Below are positions 1 through 11,005 of a stretch of DNA of 64,000 bases, piece after piece. The notes under the pieces were generated by a model. It worked only from the letters and a program-made list of their open reading frames with translations, did no database searches and was not told where the DNA came from. The position numbers were made by a program, and so were the translations under genes. The stretch comes from an uncultured Gammaproteobacteria bacterium (lineage in GTDB: Bacteria > Patescibacteriota > Patescibacteriia > Veblenbacterales > UBA10138): the NCBI GenBank assembly GCA_964348825.1, contig CAYGDX010000001.1:90909-154908 (forward strand). Reading direction: 5' to 3'. The number at the start of each line of letters is the position of its first letter. Position 1 is the stretch's first letter.

Positions 1-266
<266 letters not shown>

Positions 267-274
267 GGTAGAAA

Positions 275-1597
275 ATGAAAAACTCTCTTAATCCATCAGT
301 TGGTGATCGCGTAGTGATTATCGGCGGTGGTGCCACTGGAGCTTTATGCTCCGTCACTCTTGCGGAAGCAGGATGTCAGGTGATTGCCCTGGAGAAAAAA
401 GCAATGGGCAATGGATCTTCCAGTCGATCAGCGGCATGCATCAGAGCTCAATTTGATGTAGAAGAAACTGCGGTCGGTATGGCATATAGTGAAGATTTTT
501 ATGAACATTTTCACGATATTATGCATACTCCACCAGAGGATCGTTGTTGGATGATCCGTCGCAATGGGTATTTATTTTTATATGAGAACCCAACTGTTTA
601 TAATGATGGATCTAAAAAAGAAGAAGTAGTAAAATCATGGTCAACAGCTCAAGAAAAAGCGTTAATGCATCAAGAGATTGGTTTGCCGGTAGAAGTATTA
701 AAACCAGATGAGATTAAAAAACGTTGGCCATATTTGGTTACGGATAATTTAATTGGTGCAACATGGTGTCCTAACGATGGATTTTTAAACCATGATCAAA
801 TTTATCGGCTTGGTTTTCGTCGGGCTTTGGAACTCGGTGCGGTGCTTCAGCAAAATACCGAAGTTTTGGGTGCACGTTTTACAAATGGTAAAATAGCGGC
901 ACTTCAAACCACGACTGGCGAAATCGAGTGTGATTGGGTGGTTAATGCCGCCGGAGCTTGGGCACCACGTGTCAGTCGATCATTAGGTGGAATTGATTTG
1001 CGAATATCTCCGCTTAAAAGATATCTTTGGTTTTTGGAGACCCATAACCCTGAAGTGGTGTTACCAAATAAATGGGGAGATTTACCAATGACTATTTATG
1101 GTATGGGCGGTGGTCGCGGTGCTTACTCACGTCCGGAGAATAATAACACTTTAATGTTAGGTTGGGCGCATGAAACTGCACCTGAACCTAATTTCGTTGA
1201 TACTGATCAAGATTTGCTTGAGCCCGAGTTTGCTGATAGAACAGGAGAACGTGCTATTGCCTTAATGAATCAAGTCAATGATTTTTCTCCGGCGTTAGCA
1301 GGATCTGGTTGGCCCAAGCATATCACTTGTGGGTATTATGAAACTACACCGGATCACAATCCTATGATTGGTATTGATGACAATCTTTCGAATCTTGTTC
1401 ACGCCGCTGGTTTTTCTGGGCACGGTTTAATGCACGCCCCGATTACCGCTTTATTGGTGCGTGAAATTATTCAAGGGTTAGGAAAGACCAAACAGGTGTT
1501 TCTTCCGGCGCCTTTTGAAAAATACACAATGTCCTTACAAGCTTTTGCTCCCAATCGTCAAATTGATCTGGCGCATACAGAGGGTAGAGTTATTTAG
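275..1597 (+). CDS. FAD-dependent oxidoreductase (DAO / glycine-sarcosine oxidase-like family)
   Basis: N-terminal Rossmann dinucleotide-binding motif VVIIGGGATGALCSVTLAEAG. 440 aa, similar overall to D-amino-acid oxidase family enzymes. Confidence 0.55.
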   Translation: MKNSLNPSVGDRVVIIGGGATGALCSVTLAEAGCQVIALEKKAMGNGSSSRSAACIRAQFDVEETAVGMAYSEDFYEHFHDIMHTPPEDRCWMIRRNGYLFLYENPTVYNDGSKKEEVVKSWSTAQEKALMHQEIGLPVEVLKPDEIKKRWPYLVTDNLIGATWCPNDGFLNHDQIYRLGFRRALELGAVLQQNTEVLGARFTNGKIAALQTTTGEIECDWVVNAAGAWAPRVSRSLGGIDLRISPLKRYLWFLETHNPEVVLPNKWGDLPMTIYGMGGGRGAYSRPENNNTLMLGWAHETAPEPNFVDTDQDLLEPEFADRTGERAIALMNQVNDFSPALAGSGWPKHITCGYYETTPDHNPMIGIDDNLSNLVHAAGFSGHGLMHAPITALLVREIIQGLGKTKQVFLPAPFEKYTMSLQAFAPNRQIDLAHTEGRVI

Positions 1598-1624
1598 GAT
1601 TGATAACAAAAAAATATTACACCT

Positions 1625-1672
1625 AAGCCAAGTGAACTTGATATAAATATCAAGAACGCTTGGCTTTTTTTA
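1625..1672 (+). terminator. Rho-independent terminator-like hairpin plus T-run after oxidoreductase gene
   Basis: aagccaag...cttggctt stem followed by ttttttt. Confidence 0.45.
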
Positions 1673-1724
1673 AATTTTTGATATAATAAATCATATCGCT
1701 TTATTTGTTTAGAGTTCGCTTTCT

Positions 1725-2984
1725 ATGGAAAAATTTGATTCAATTTTACAAAAAACTAAAGAAGCATCGTTGGATGTCCAATTGTTAAGCAACAAAGTTA
1801 AAAATAGTATTTTGCGTGATTTATGTAGCGCGCTTATTTTTTCAACTAAAAAAATTCTACAAGCTAATGCTCGTGATTTTTCGCGTTTGTCTACTTCTTA
1901 TCCGCATGCTGATCGGCTTAAATTAACTGCGGAAAGAATTAAAGGAATGGTAGATAGTATTAAAGCAGTAGAAAAATTACCTGATCCAATTGGCAGAGTA
2001 ATTGACCAACGTGTTCTTAAAAATGGATTGAAAATTGAACGACGAACCGTGCCTTTAGGTGTTATAGGAATCATTTACGAAGCGCGGCCAAATGTGACAG
2101 TGGAAATTTTTAGTTTAACTATTAAATCAGGCAATGTAGTGGTACTTAAGGGTGGGCGCGATGCGTATGAAACTAATAAGGTTTTGGTTAATTTAATTCA
2201 TCAAGTGCTACGTAAACATGGTATTAATAAATCAGCCGTTACTATGCTTGATCCATTTCGGCTTAATTTAACAGACAAACTTTTAAAAGCTAATCAGTAT
2301 TTAGATATTATTATTCCTCGCGGTAGTTATGAATTAATTAAATATGTTAGACAAAATTCTACCCTACCATTAATTGAAACTGGCGCGGGTGTTTGCCATA
2401 TTTACGTAGAAAGTTCAGCCAAACTTGATTGGGCAGTTCGCACTGTGCTTAACGCTAAAACAAGACGGGTTAGCGTTTGCAATGCTTTAGATACTTTAGT
2501 AATTGATAATAAAGTGGCTGACAAATTTTTTAAGATTATCAGTCCAAAATTAGCTGAAGCAGGTGTTAAGATTTATGCTGACCAAACAAGTTATAAAATA
2601 CTTCATAGAAAATATCCAATTAATTTGTTGTATCACGCTAAATCATCAGATTATGGTAGGGAATTTCTTAGTTTGGCTATGAGTGTAAAAGTGGTAAATA
2701 ATGCAAATGAAGGGTTGGCTCATATTCAAAATTATACTTCCCATCATTCAGAAGGAATTATTACATCAAATAAAAAAATTGCTACCAAATTTCAACAAAC
2801 AATTGATGCGGCGGCGGTTTATGTTAATACTTCTATTGCTTTTACTGATGGTTATGAGTTTGGTTTGGGTGGAGAAATTGGTATTAGCACACAAAAACTT
2901 CACGCTCGTGGGCCAATGGCTTTACAAGAGCTTACTACTTACAAATGGTTAATACAAAGCCAAGGCGCAGTTCGACCTAGGTAG
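1725..2984 (+). CDS. proA: Gamma-glutamyl phosphate reductase (glutamate-5-semialdehyde dehydrogenase)
   Basis: 419 aa; aldehyde dehydrogenase-type ProA motifs (RRTVPLGVIGIIYEARPNVTVE, VCNALDTLVI, HSEGIIT). Confidence 0.85.
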   Translation: MEKFDSILQKTKEASLDVQLLSNKVKNSILRDLCSALIFSTKKILQANARDFSRLSTSYPHADRLKLTAERIKGMVDSIKAVEKLPDPIGRVIDQRVLKNGLKIERRTVPLGVIGIIYEARPNVTVEIFSLTIKSGNVVVLKGGRDAYETNKVLVNLIHQVLRKHGINKSAVTMLDPFRLNLTDKLLKANQYLDIIIPRGSYELIKYVRQNSTLPLIETGAGVCHIYVESSAKLDWAVRTVLNAKTRRVSVCNALDTLVIDNKVADKFFKIISPKLAEAGVKIYADQTSYKILHRKYPINLLYHAKSSDYGREFLSLAMSVKVVNNANEGLAHIQNYTSHHSEGIITSNKKIATKFQQTIDAAAVYVNTSIAFTDGYEFGLGGEIGISTQKLHARGPMALQELTTYKWLIQSQGAVRPR

Positions 2985-3052
2985 TTTTTATAATATTTAA
3001 TGTAATATTTATCATAGAATAGTTTATGGTTTTTTTGTTGTAGAATGGTTAT

Positions 3053-3568
3053 ATGAAGAAACTCATTGTATTTGTTTGTAATGGTAATATCCATCGTTCC
3101 GTTATAGCCGCTTCATCTTTGGGAAAAATTCTTAAAGAGCACAAACTGGATTCGAAGTTTTTGGTTACTTCTTATGGATTACAAGGAACAAAAGGAACGC
3201 GCTTGCCAAAACACAAACGTCTTTCAGAATATCCAAAGGAGTGGAAAGCTACAAAGCCAATTTTAGAGGAGTTTGGCATTGATATAAGCAAACACAGTTT
3301 CCACAAAATTTCGGCTCATATAATGAAAAGGGCGAGTGTTGTTATTGCCATGGATAACAAAGTTTATTTGGGAGCAAAAAATTCTTTAGTGAGGCAATTT
3401 TCTAGTCAAGTATACAAGGTTCATTGTTTTTCTGAACTTACAACAGGTCGTAAGACAATTAAAGATCTTTTGGGTATTGGCGATAAGAAATTGCACAGAA
3501 AAGTCATTGCAAGTATTTATTTTACACTAAATAAAAAATATAATAATATTTTAAGTTGGGTAAAATAA
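3053..3568 (+). CDS. Low-molecular-weight protein-tyrosine phosphatase / ArsC-like fold
   Basis: N-terminal P-loop VFVCNGNIHRS (C-X5-R-S), typical of LMW-PTPs. Confidence 0.55.
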   Translation: MKKLIVFVCNGNIHRSVIAASSLGKILKEHKLDSKFLVTSYGLQGTKGTRLPKHKRLSEYPKEWKATKPILEEFGIDISKHSFHKISAHIMKRASVVIAMDNKVYLGAKNSLVRQFSSQVYKVHCFSELTTGRKTIKDLLGIGDKKLHRKVIASIYFTLNKKYNNILSWVK

Positions 3569-3809
3569 TTGTGTAAGAAAATAATAATTTCTTCGTTAAA
3601 TAAATTAGCAGTAGATTTTAAAATCCGAATATCTAATACTGAAATCCGAAAAAGATGGAGTTTTGTATTTTGGGCTTAGAATTTTGGATTTATTTAGGAT
3701 TTAGAAATTAGAAATTAGGATTTTTTTGGATTCCCGCCTCCGCGGGAATGACAATTACTAAAACTATTAGCTATTTGCCATTTACTATTGGCTAAATTAT
3801 AATATCCTC

Positions 3810-4076
3810 ATGCCTCTTGAATTAAGTGAATCAACCCAAGTACGTATGATGCTGGATGAAAACCAGCGTTTACTTGAAGAAATAAAGAAAAATACCGAAC
3901 GCACGCGGAAATATATTCTGTGGAGTCAGATTTTTTTGGTAGTTAGAATGCTTATAATAATTTTGCCATTGGTTGCCGGATTTATATTCCTCCGCCCATT
4001 TTTTAAAGAAGCGGGTAGTGCGTATGAAGATATAATCGGCAGTGGCGCGCTGGAAGTGCTGAAGAGTTTAAAGTAA
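3810..4076 (+). CDS. Hypothetical small membrane protein
   Basis: 88-aa ORF with one hydrophobic helix (IFLVVRMLIIILPLVAGFIFL). No homolog recognised. Confidence 0.3.
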   Translation: MPLELSESTQVRMMLDENQRLLEEIKKNTERTRKYILWSQIFLVVRMLIIILPLVAGFIFLRPFFKEAGSAYEDIIGSGALEVLKSLK

Positions 4077-4187
4077 GGGTGTAGCGTGTAGGGGGTAGGG
4101 TGTAGTATGCTTGCCCCGTGATCGTCATCAGACGATTTTACGGGGTCATTGCGAGGAGCGAGTAAGGCGAGCGACAAAGCAATCTCT
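4074..4187. repeat. Composite MITE-like repeat: G-rich gggtgtag segment + ccccgt..acgggg hairpin + gtcattgcgag..agcaatc (family A)
   Basis: Same modules recur at 23397-23448, 26011-26100, 26221-26262, 26535-26622, 38466-38545, 52855-52900, 53806-53980. Confidence 0.6.
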
Positions 4188-4356
4188 CAAAAGTTTCAAT
4201 GACCAAGTTTAAAGTTCAAATAAATATTCAAAAGTTTCTAAAATTTTAAAATGTTGGAACTTTATTGGAACTTGGAAATTTGAACTTGGGATTTAAACAA
4301 TTTAGACATTTTTAGAAATTAGAGCTTAGAAATTAGTCATTTTTAATCTTTATTTT

Positions 4357-5610
4357 ATGTTTAACCATTCTTCCAAACCCCATTTTTTTATCATCTTTAT
4401 CGTCATCATCAGTTTATTCGCCGGCGCATTGGGCGGCGCGGGCGCGGTTATTTGGGGCGCAGGTTTCCTTAATCTACCAAGCAATCAAAATTCATCAATC
4501 ATAAATAATTTACGTCCCTCATCAGTCAAAATTCAAGAAGAGTCAGCTACAACTTCGGTGGTGAGCAAAGTTTCACCCTCAGTCGTTAGCATTATCATCT
4601 CCAAAGATGTGGCCAAGCTTTATAATTCCACCGGCCCCAATACGCCGTTTGATGGTTTTTTTGGACAGGGCTCACCGTTTAATTTCTTTTTTGGCAATCA
4701 AATACCGCAACCAGCCCCGCGTAAAGTTCCACAAGGCAAACAAACTATTGGCGGCGGTACTGGTTTTGTAATTGATAGCGCCAAAGGTTTGATTTTAACT
4801 AACCGTCATGTGGTAGATGATACCGAGGCCGATTACACCGTGCTCACCAACGATGGCAAAAAATACGAGGCCAAGGTTTTAATTCGTGATTCTGGTAATG
4901 ATTTGGCAATTGTGCAAATAAAAGACGCCAAACTTCCGGCTTTAGAATTTGGTGATAGCGATAAAATACAAATCGGCCAAACTGTAATTGCTATTGGCAA
5001 TGCTTTAGGTGAATATCGTAACACTGTTACTAAAGGTGTAATTTCGGGCACCGCGCGCAATGTAGTAGCGGGTGATAGCCAAGGATCAAGCGAAAGTTTA
5101 GAAGGAGTTTTTCAAACTGACGCCGCTATTAATCCGGGAAATTCCGGCGGGCCGCTGGTAAATTTATCTGGCCAAGTGATTGGTATTAATACCGCGGTGA
5201 ACCGTGAAGGTCAACTCATTGGCTTTGCTATTCCATCAAACGAAGCCAAACGTTTAGTTGATAATTATCAAAAATACGGCAAAGTGGTACGGCCGTATTT
5301 AGGTATTCGTTATGTTTTAGTTACACCAGAAATGGCGCGGGCTAATGATTTGCCAGTGGATTATGGTGCTTTAGTAGTTCGCGGGCAAAATGATAATACT
5401 TTAGCGGTAGTGCCAGGGTCGCCAGCTGATAAGGCGGGCTTAGTAGAAAATGATATAGTGCTTGAAGCCGATGGTAAAAAAATTAGCACGGAGCAATCAC
5501 TAGTTAAAATTCTCTCGCGTTATAAACCAGGTGATACAGTCAAGCTTAAAATTTATCACAAAGGTGAGCAGAAAGATGTTGCCGTGAAGCTAGGGGAGTT
5601 TAAAGAATAA
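4357..5610 (+). CDS. htrA: HtrA/DegP-family periplasmic serine protease with C-terminal PDZ domain
   Basis: N-terminal membrane anchor. Trypsin-like catalytic motifs (TNRHVV, GNSGGPLVN) and a C-terminal PDZ region. Confidence 0.8.
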   Translation: MFNHSSKPHFFIIFIVIISLFAGALGGAGAVIWGAGFLNLPSNQNSSIINNLRPSSVKIQEESATTSVVSKVSPSVVSIIISKDVAKLYNSTGPNTPFDGFFGQGSPFNFFFGNQIPQPAPRKVPQGKQTIGGGTGFVIDSAKGLILTNRHVVDDTEADYTVLTNDGKKYEAKVLIRDSGNDLAIVQIKDAKLPALEFGDSDKIQIGQTVIAIGNALGEYRNTVTKGVISGTARNVVAGDSQGSSESLEGVFQTDAAINPGNSGGPLVNLSGQVIGINTAVNREGQLIGFAIPSNEAKRLVDNYQKYGKVVRPYLGIRYVLVTPEMARANDLPVDYGALVVRGQNDNTLAVVPGSPADKAGLVENDIVLEADGKKISTEQSLVKILSRYKPGDTVKLKIYHKGEQKDVAVKLGEFKE

Positions 5611-5614
5611 AACA

Positions 5615-5646
5615 AAAACTCCGACGTTCATCGTCGGAGTTTTTAA
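5615..5646 (+). terminator. Rho-independent terminator after htrA
   Basis: aaaaactccgacg-ttca-tcgtcggagttttt hairpin with flanking A/T runs. A second hairpin (cctcccctcaataggggagg) follows. Confidence 0.6.
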
Positions 5647-5840
5647 ATCCTAAAAAATTCCTCCCCTCAATAGGGGAGGTTAGGTGGGGTAATAAATAAA
5701 GCAGCCTGCAAAGGCTGTTTTTAAATTTCTAATCTCTAATAACTAATTTCTAAAAATGACTAAAATTTTAAAAATTAATTTATTGAAAATTGATTTAAAA
5801 TTGTAAATTTAAAATTAAACACTAAATACTACACCCTAAC

Positions 5841-6449
5841 CTACTTCCTAACCACTTTCGCCACTACAATTTCACTGGCCGTTATATCTTGCCCAGCAAC
5901 TTCCGCATTAGTTGTAATAGTTACAGTTTGTCCTACTTGCAAAGCACTAGCAGTAATTTTTTTAGTTAAAGTTGTAATTTTAGGTGCACCACCGGCGCTT
6001 GGAATAACCACAGTAGTGGTGCGTTCAGTAATTTTAGTTTGGGGAGTATAGTTAATAGTAAAATTTCCGGCTCGCAAAGTAGTTGGTGCGCCATTTTTAC
6101 TCGCACTCTGCATTTGCAAAACAAAAGATGATTTAGTTGCGCTCGTAATCGTTCCGCTTAAAGTGTAAGTAATTGGTGGGGTGATTGCCCCGTTATCATT
6201 TATTGGCGCTATCGGTTCAGTGTCAACTGACTTCGAACTATCAACTTCTAACTTTAAACTACCATCTATTAACTCTTGGCTATCGACTAATGACTCATCA
6301 TTGCTATTTGCTATTAGCGATTTGCTAGTAGCCACTTGCCACGCCTTTCCATAACCCAAATTATAACTAACAGCCGAACTTGCGCCCGCCAAAATTAAAG
6401 CCAGTATTATTACCAACCCAATTCCACGGGAGTTAAGAATAATGTCCAT
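5841..6449 (-). CDS. Hypothetical secreted/membrane-anchored protein, Thr/Ser-rich
   Basis: N-terminal signal/anchor (IGLVIILALILAGASSAVS), low-complexity T/S-rich body. The only minus-strand gene in the first 11 kb. Confidence 0.4.
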   Translation of the reverse strand: MDIILNSRGIGLVIILALILAGASSAVSYNLGYGKAWQVATSKSLIANSNDESLVDSQELIDGSLKLEVDSSKSVDTEPIAPINDNGAITPPITYTLSGTITSATKSSFVLQMQSASKNGAPTTLRAGNFTINYTPQTKITERTTTVVIPSAGGAPKITTLTKKITASALQVGQTVTITTNAEVAGQDITASEIVVAKVVRK

Positions 6450-6888
6450 ATGTTTAAAATCCTAATTCCTAATCCGCCCGCTGGCGGACTAAATTCTAAA
6501 TAAATCTTAAAATGTCGAAATCCAAATGATTAAATTTTTTGTGATTTGGATCTTTTGGATAAATAAACTACCCCCTACACGCTACACCCTTAATTAATCA
6601 TACAATAAATTACCCAAAAGTTACAATTTTTACCAAACAAATTCCTCCTTTGTAAAAGGAGGTGACGAAGCCCAAGCGAGGCGGAGGATTTACAAAAGAA
6701 GAAAATTATACACAGCTTGTTGCAATGCTATGTTCTTGGTATAATAAAAGTAGTAATTCACCTATAAGTAAGTTCAAATTTCCAATGACCAATAAAGTTC
6801 CAACATTTTAAAATTTTAGAAATTTTTGAATATTTATTTGAACTTTGAACTTGGGATTTGGAACTTTATAACCAAATATTAGATTTTT

Positions 6889-8412
6889 ATGAATAGTAGG
6901 AGGATTAAACAATCTAAGATAAAAAAATTCTCGCCACGAGCCCGTTTGTATTTATCCGCCGTGCTTGCCCTACCTTTTATAATTGGGGGAATGTTACTCG
7001 CGCAGGCAGAATGGTTGGATCCACCGGGTGATCCACCGCCAGTGGGAGCTAATTTACCAGGCGCAGTTTTATTACAAACAGTTGATGTTCAAGTCGGCGG
7101 TATAAAGATTAGTGGCCCAGCTTTTATTGAAGATGGAAATTTAACACTTGGTAAAACTGTGGCTGCTGCTTGGGTTGGAAAAAAAATAACGGCTGGACAA
7201 GGTGATTTTACAACCACCTTAGGAGACGCGGTTTTAGGTTTAACCACTACTCCCGGCAGTGCTGCTATAAAAGGTATAGGTATTGGTAATCCAACTGCTA
7301 ATCCGGCAGATCCGACCGCCACTTGGGCTGGATATTTTGATGGCACAGTTTTTGCTAAAGATGTTTGTGTGGGTGCTAATGCAAATTCATGTCAATCTCT
7401 CGGTTCTGGCTCCGGCTCAAGCGGTGATTTGTGGGAAGAGGTTACCGCTGGTGGTAATAATATTAGAAAGAAGAAAGCTGGTGTGGTGGTAGTTGGTACT
7501 AGTAATAGTACTATCCCAGCCACATTATCAAGTGATATTACAGATAATTTGAAATTATTTTTAACTGGTGATAGTAATAGAGCGCCACGAGTTTATTTAA
7601 CTAGTGATACCAATAACAATCCAGAAATTGATTTGCAATTAAGTGCGGCCGATAAAGACCATTGGGGCATTTTTGCCGATAAAACTTCCCGAAATTTAAA
7701 TTTGTGGGCTAAAGACAAAGCTACTGCCGTAGATGGTGGTAACAGGTTTTCTTTTACCAGTGATGGGGTGATGATTTTTGGTGGTTGGCCAGCACCAACT
7801 TATGGTGTAACAGTTATAAAAACAGGTTCAGCCGCAAATATTGGAGTAGTTACCAGTTCAGAATTAGGAATAAATTGTGGTAATACTTGTTCGGGGGCAA
7901 ATTTTCCTAATTATTCTGTAACTTTAGTGGCTAATGAAAATGGTAATAAATTTAATAAATGGACCAATGGCACTGGCCCGGCCTTATTTTGTAGCACGGG
8001 TATTAATAGTACTAATCCAAGTTGCTCCTTTACTTTATCTGATAATGCAACAGTCAAAGCTGATTTTTCATTGATTTATAAAATTACCTTATTTAAATCG
8101 GGCAATAATTTTGATAATGTAATATCTAGTCCATCTGGTATAAATTGTGGTGCTACTTGTGAGTCAACTTATAATGCTGATACCCTAGTTACTTTAACAG
8201 CTAAGCCCGATGTTGGCTGCTCTAATAAATGTGGTTCAGGTGGCTTGCGTCCACCTCGAGATTTTTGTAAATGGATAGGTTGTCCAGTAGGTAGTTATAC
8301 AATGAATACAAAATCTTGTACTGTTACGGTAGATCAGGCTCTTAATATTACAGCTGAATTTATGGCCCAAGGTGGGCTTTGTTTACCGCCGGATGTTGGG
8401 GGGGGAACTTAA
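6889..8412 (+). CDS. Secreted protein with InlB B-repeat-like (divergent bacterial repeat) domains
   Basis: N-terminal signal/TM. Two repeats of the pattern G-INCG-x-C-x(n)-VTL-A-P-x-G-x-F-x-W-x-G-C (SSELGINCGNTCSG..., SPSGINCGATCEST...). Confidence 0.5.
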   Translation: MNSRRIKQSKIKKFSPRARLYLSAVLALPFIIGGMLLAQAEWLDPPGDPPPVGANLPGAVLLQTVDVQVGGIKISGPAFIEDGNLTLGKTVAAAWVGKKITAGQGDFTTTLGDAVLGLTTTPGSAAIKGIGIGNPTANPADPTATWAGYFDGTVFAKDVCVGANANSCQSLGSGSGSSGDLWEEVTAGGNNIRKKKAGVVVVGTSNSTIPATLSSDITDNLKLFLTGDSNRAPRVYLTSDTNNNPEIDLQLSAADKDHWGIFADKTSRNLNLWAKDKATAVDGGNRFSFTSDGVMIFGGWPAPTYGVTVIKTGSAANIGVVTSSELGINCGNTCSGANFPNYSVTLVANENGNKFNKWTNGTGPALFCSTGINSTNPSCSFTLSDNATVKADFSLIYKITLFKSGNNFDNVISSPSGINCGATCESTYNADTLVTLTAKPDVGCSNKCGSGGLRPPRDFCKWIGCPVGSYTMNTKSCTVTVDQALNITAEFMAQGGLCLPPDVGGGT

Positions 8413-8417
8413 AAATA

Positions 8418-10939
8418 TGATGTATTATAAGTTTATTAAAAAATATTACAAAATATTAAACAAATTTATAAATTTTAAATTTATTACAATTTTTCGTTTT
8501 GTTAAAAAATTACCATTACAAAATTTATTATCTTCACCCCGTCAGTTATTAATTAATTTATCTGTTATTTTGCCAATGGTATTTTTAACAGCTTTTATTT
8601 TGAATAATATAACAAACGGAACAATTGGGTTGTCATCGGTAGTAAATTCTTTTGAAAATAATTTTTTAAATTTGAGCGGTAATTTTATAAATGAGGCCAG
8701 TGCCCAACAGCCATGCCCACGCCCAGGACTTTCAACTACTGGTGAGGGGAGGATTTATTTTGATAAAACTTGTGAGAATAAGTTTATGGTTAGTGAGAAT
8801 GGTGGAGAGTGGAAACCAGTTTCTTTGTGGCAGGGTAGTGGCGGAAGTATTTATCCGATTAATGAAGCTACAACAAATGTTGGTATTGGAACAACTAATC
8901 CAACAAAAAAATTAGAAGTGGCTGGTGGTACTAAGTTTAATCCAAGTAGTTTGGGCATTATTGGTTCAGGTTCTTCAACTGATTATTCGGGTAGGAATTT
9001 TTTATTCGTGAACGTTTCTACCCAACAAAGCAACAACCTAGCCTCTTTAGTGTTAGAAAACGTTGATCAATTAGGTATTTGGAGTAATAAAGGGGGTGGA
9101 CATTGGGGTGATTTAGTTTTAAATAATTTAATGACAGCTAGTTCTTTGTATTCACAGTATTTTTATCAGTGTACTGACCCAATAAATAAAACTGGTTGTA
9201 GTTCAATAGGTGGTAATGGTTGGTGGCAAGTAATGGAAAATGCTTCGACTTCCAGAATACAAAATCTACCCGCTTATCCAGATGTGAGTATATATAATAG
9301 TTTGTATGTCAACGGTTCTTTAAATTTAACAGCTACAAATAGTACTAGTGGTTGGAATGCTTTTGTTGATGCCAGTGATTATGAATATTCAACTGCTTTA
9401 GTTGACTCAAGCGCCACGCTAGATGGTAGTCATGTTGTGTTTGTTGGAAAGAATAATAACATTTCAAATCCCAAGAGAGCTTACGCACTTTATGTTCACA
9501 ATACACCACCGGTTACAGTAGATACTATGGATATTTCTGACACTACGATTACTAATGATTTTCAAAGTGTATTAATTACTAATGATAGTACTATTTTTGC
9601 CACCACTTCTGCAACAGCATCTGCCGATGTGATTAGATTCACTAGTAAACCAGTTAATAATTTTGGTGGCTGGAGTAGAGTTTATGATAATGCGCGTGGT
9701 CCCGGTTTGTTGAGTTTTGGTAGTGATAACACACCACGACCAATGTGGGGTTATAACTACGTTAAAACAGTTAATTCAAAATCTTATTCACATCATATGA
9801 TTTTTGTTGGTTCAACCGTTACTACTGGTAATGGCAAGTTGAATCTTTTTGTTTATTGTTTTGATAAAAATATTGATACAGATTGCGGCAAAGATTATAA
9901 CATTGATATATTTCAAAATAGGTCTAGCGCATCTTTACCTATGTCAACTCGCGCCATTACTGGAATAGTGAATTCTAATAATAATTCCGCTACCGTATAT
10001 TTAGCTGGTGAAAGCAATAGTACTACTGTTATTACAACTGCTGCTTTTACAGATTATGATACATCACCCACTTATAGATCAATTACCATAGGTAATAACT
10101 TTGATGTAAATCCATATAGTATTTGGGTGAATAAAGATGAAGATTATCTTGTAGTTGCCGGAGCAGCCCGCACTGGTAAAAATTATAATGTAGCAGTTGG
10201 CAGGAAGTCTGGTGTTACTTGGAGCTGGAATGGAGTAACTCTTGGCGACAGAGACACTATTATTAAAAAAATTTGGGCTAACACTGACGTTAGTACTGGA
10301 GTTACAACTATATATTTAAGTGGTGCAAAAAATGTAACAAGCAATACAGATGGTTATCCAACTTTATATACTCTAACTAAAACTTCCGATATTCCTTCGG
10401 TTGTAAAAATTAAAAAAAATGTTTGTACGGCTGGTGATCCTTCTAAATTTGAGGTTAGTTGTACTAATGATAATGAGTGTAATACTGCTGGCCAGTCTGA
10501 TGGTAAATGTGCTGATATTGGTCCAATTTGTTTAGATAAGTCAGCCACCGCCAAAAGGCCATCCTTTACCTGTTCTAATAGTTATCGCGTAGGGTCGTAC
10601 TCTATTAACACTTCGCCCTCCAAAACATACGTTTATGCTGGAGTTACTGGAGACCAATTATATGTTGCCGGTGATGTAACTTCAGCTGGCATGCTTTCGG
10701 TTCGTGGCTCAGCAGAAATTAATGGCAATATAAGAGTAGATAATAATCGATGGGAGGGTAGTAATGCCTCTCCGGCTAATGTTTATCCTGATGATTCACC
10801 TTCTCAAGAATCAGTCGGATCTGCCCAAATGTCTGGAACAGACGCTGTTTGTCCAAAAGGTGAGTATATGGTGGGTGTCAAGCCGGTTTATTCTGGAGGA
10901 AATTATTTAATTTCTAAGATTTATTGCGCTAGATTATAG
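8418..10939 (+). CDS. Large secreted hypothetical protein (about 840 aa), Cys-rich C-terminus
   Basis: Listed ORF starts at 8372 overlapping the upstream gene; Met at 8418 preferred. N-terminal hydrophobic segment, Asn/Ser/Thr-rich, C-terminal CxxC-rich segment. Confidence 0.45.
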
Positions 10940-10950
10940 TTGGTAAATAT

Positions 10951-10990
10951 AAAAAAGCCGATGAGTTAAAATACATCGGCTTTGTTTTTT
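10951..10990. terminator. Bidirectional rho-independent terminator between convergent genes
   Basis: aaaaaagccgatg-[loop]-catcggctttgtttttt: hairpin flanked by A-run and T-run. Confidence 0.6.
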
Positions 10991-11005
10991 GAAAAAACAA
11001 GGTTA

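Noticed and set aside
2701-2952. 83-aa ORF in an alternative frame inside proA
   Set aside because: Fully nested in the well-supported proA frame. Low-complexity Leu-rich translation typical of an AT-rich out-of-frame read.
3926-4177. 83-aa minus-strand ORF overlapping the 3810-4076 ORF and the composite repeat
   Set aside because: Its sequence is largely the translation of the G-rich/hairpin repeat. Such repeat-coded pseudo-ORFs recur wherever the repeat occurs.
7089-7346. 85-aa minus-strand ORF inside the 6889-8412 gene
   Set aside because: Antisense to a long ORF with signal peptide and domain repeats. Pro/Val-rich translation of the complement of a Gly/Thr-rich region.
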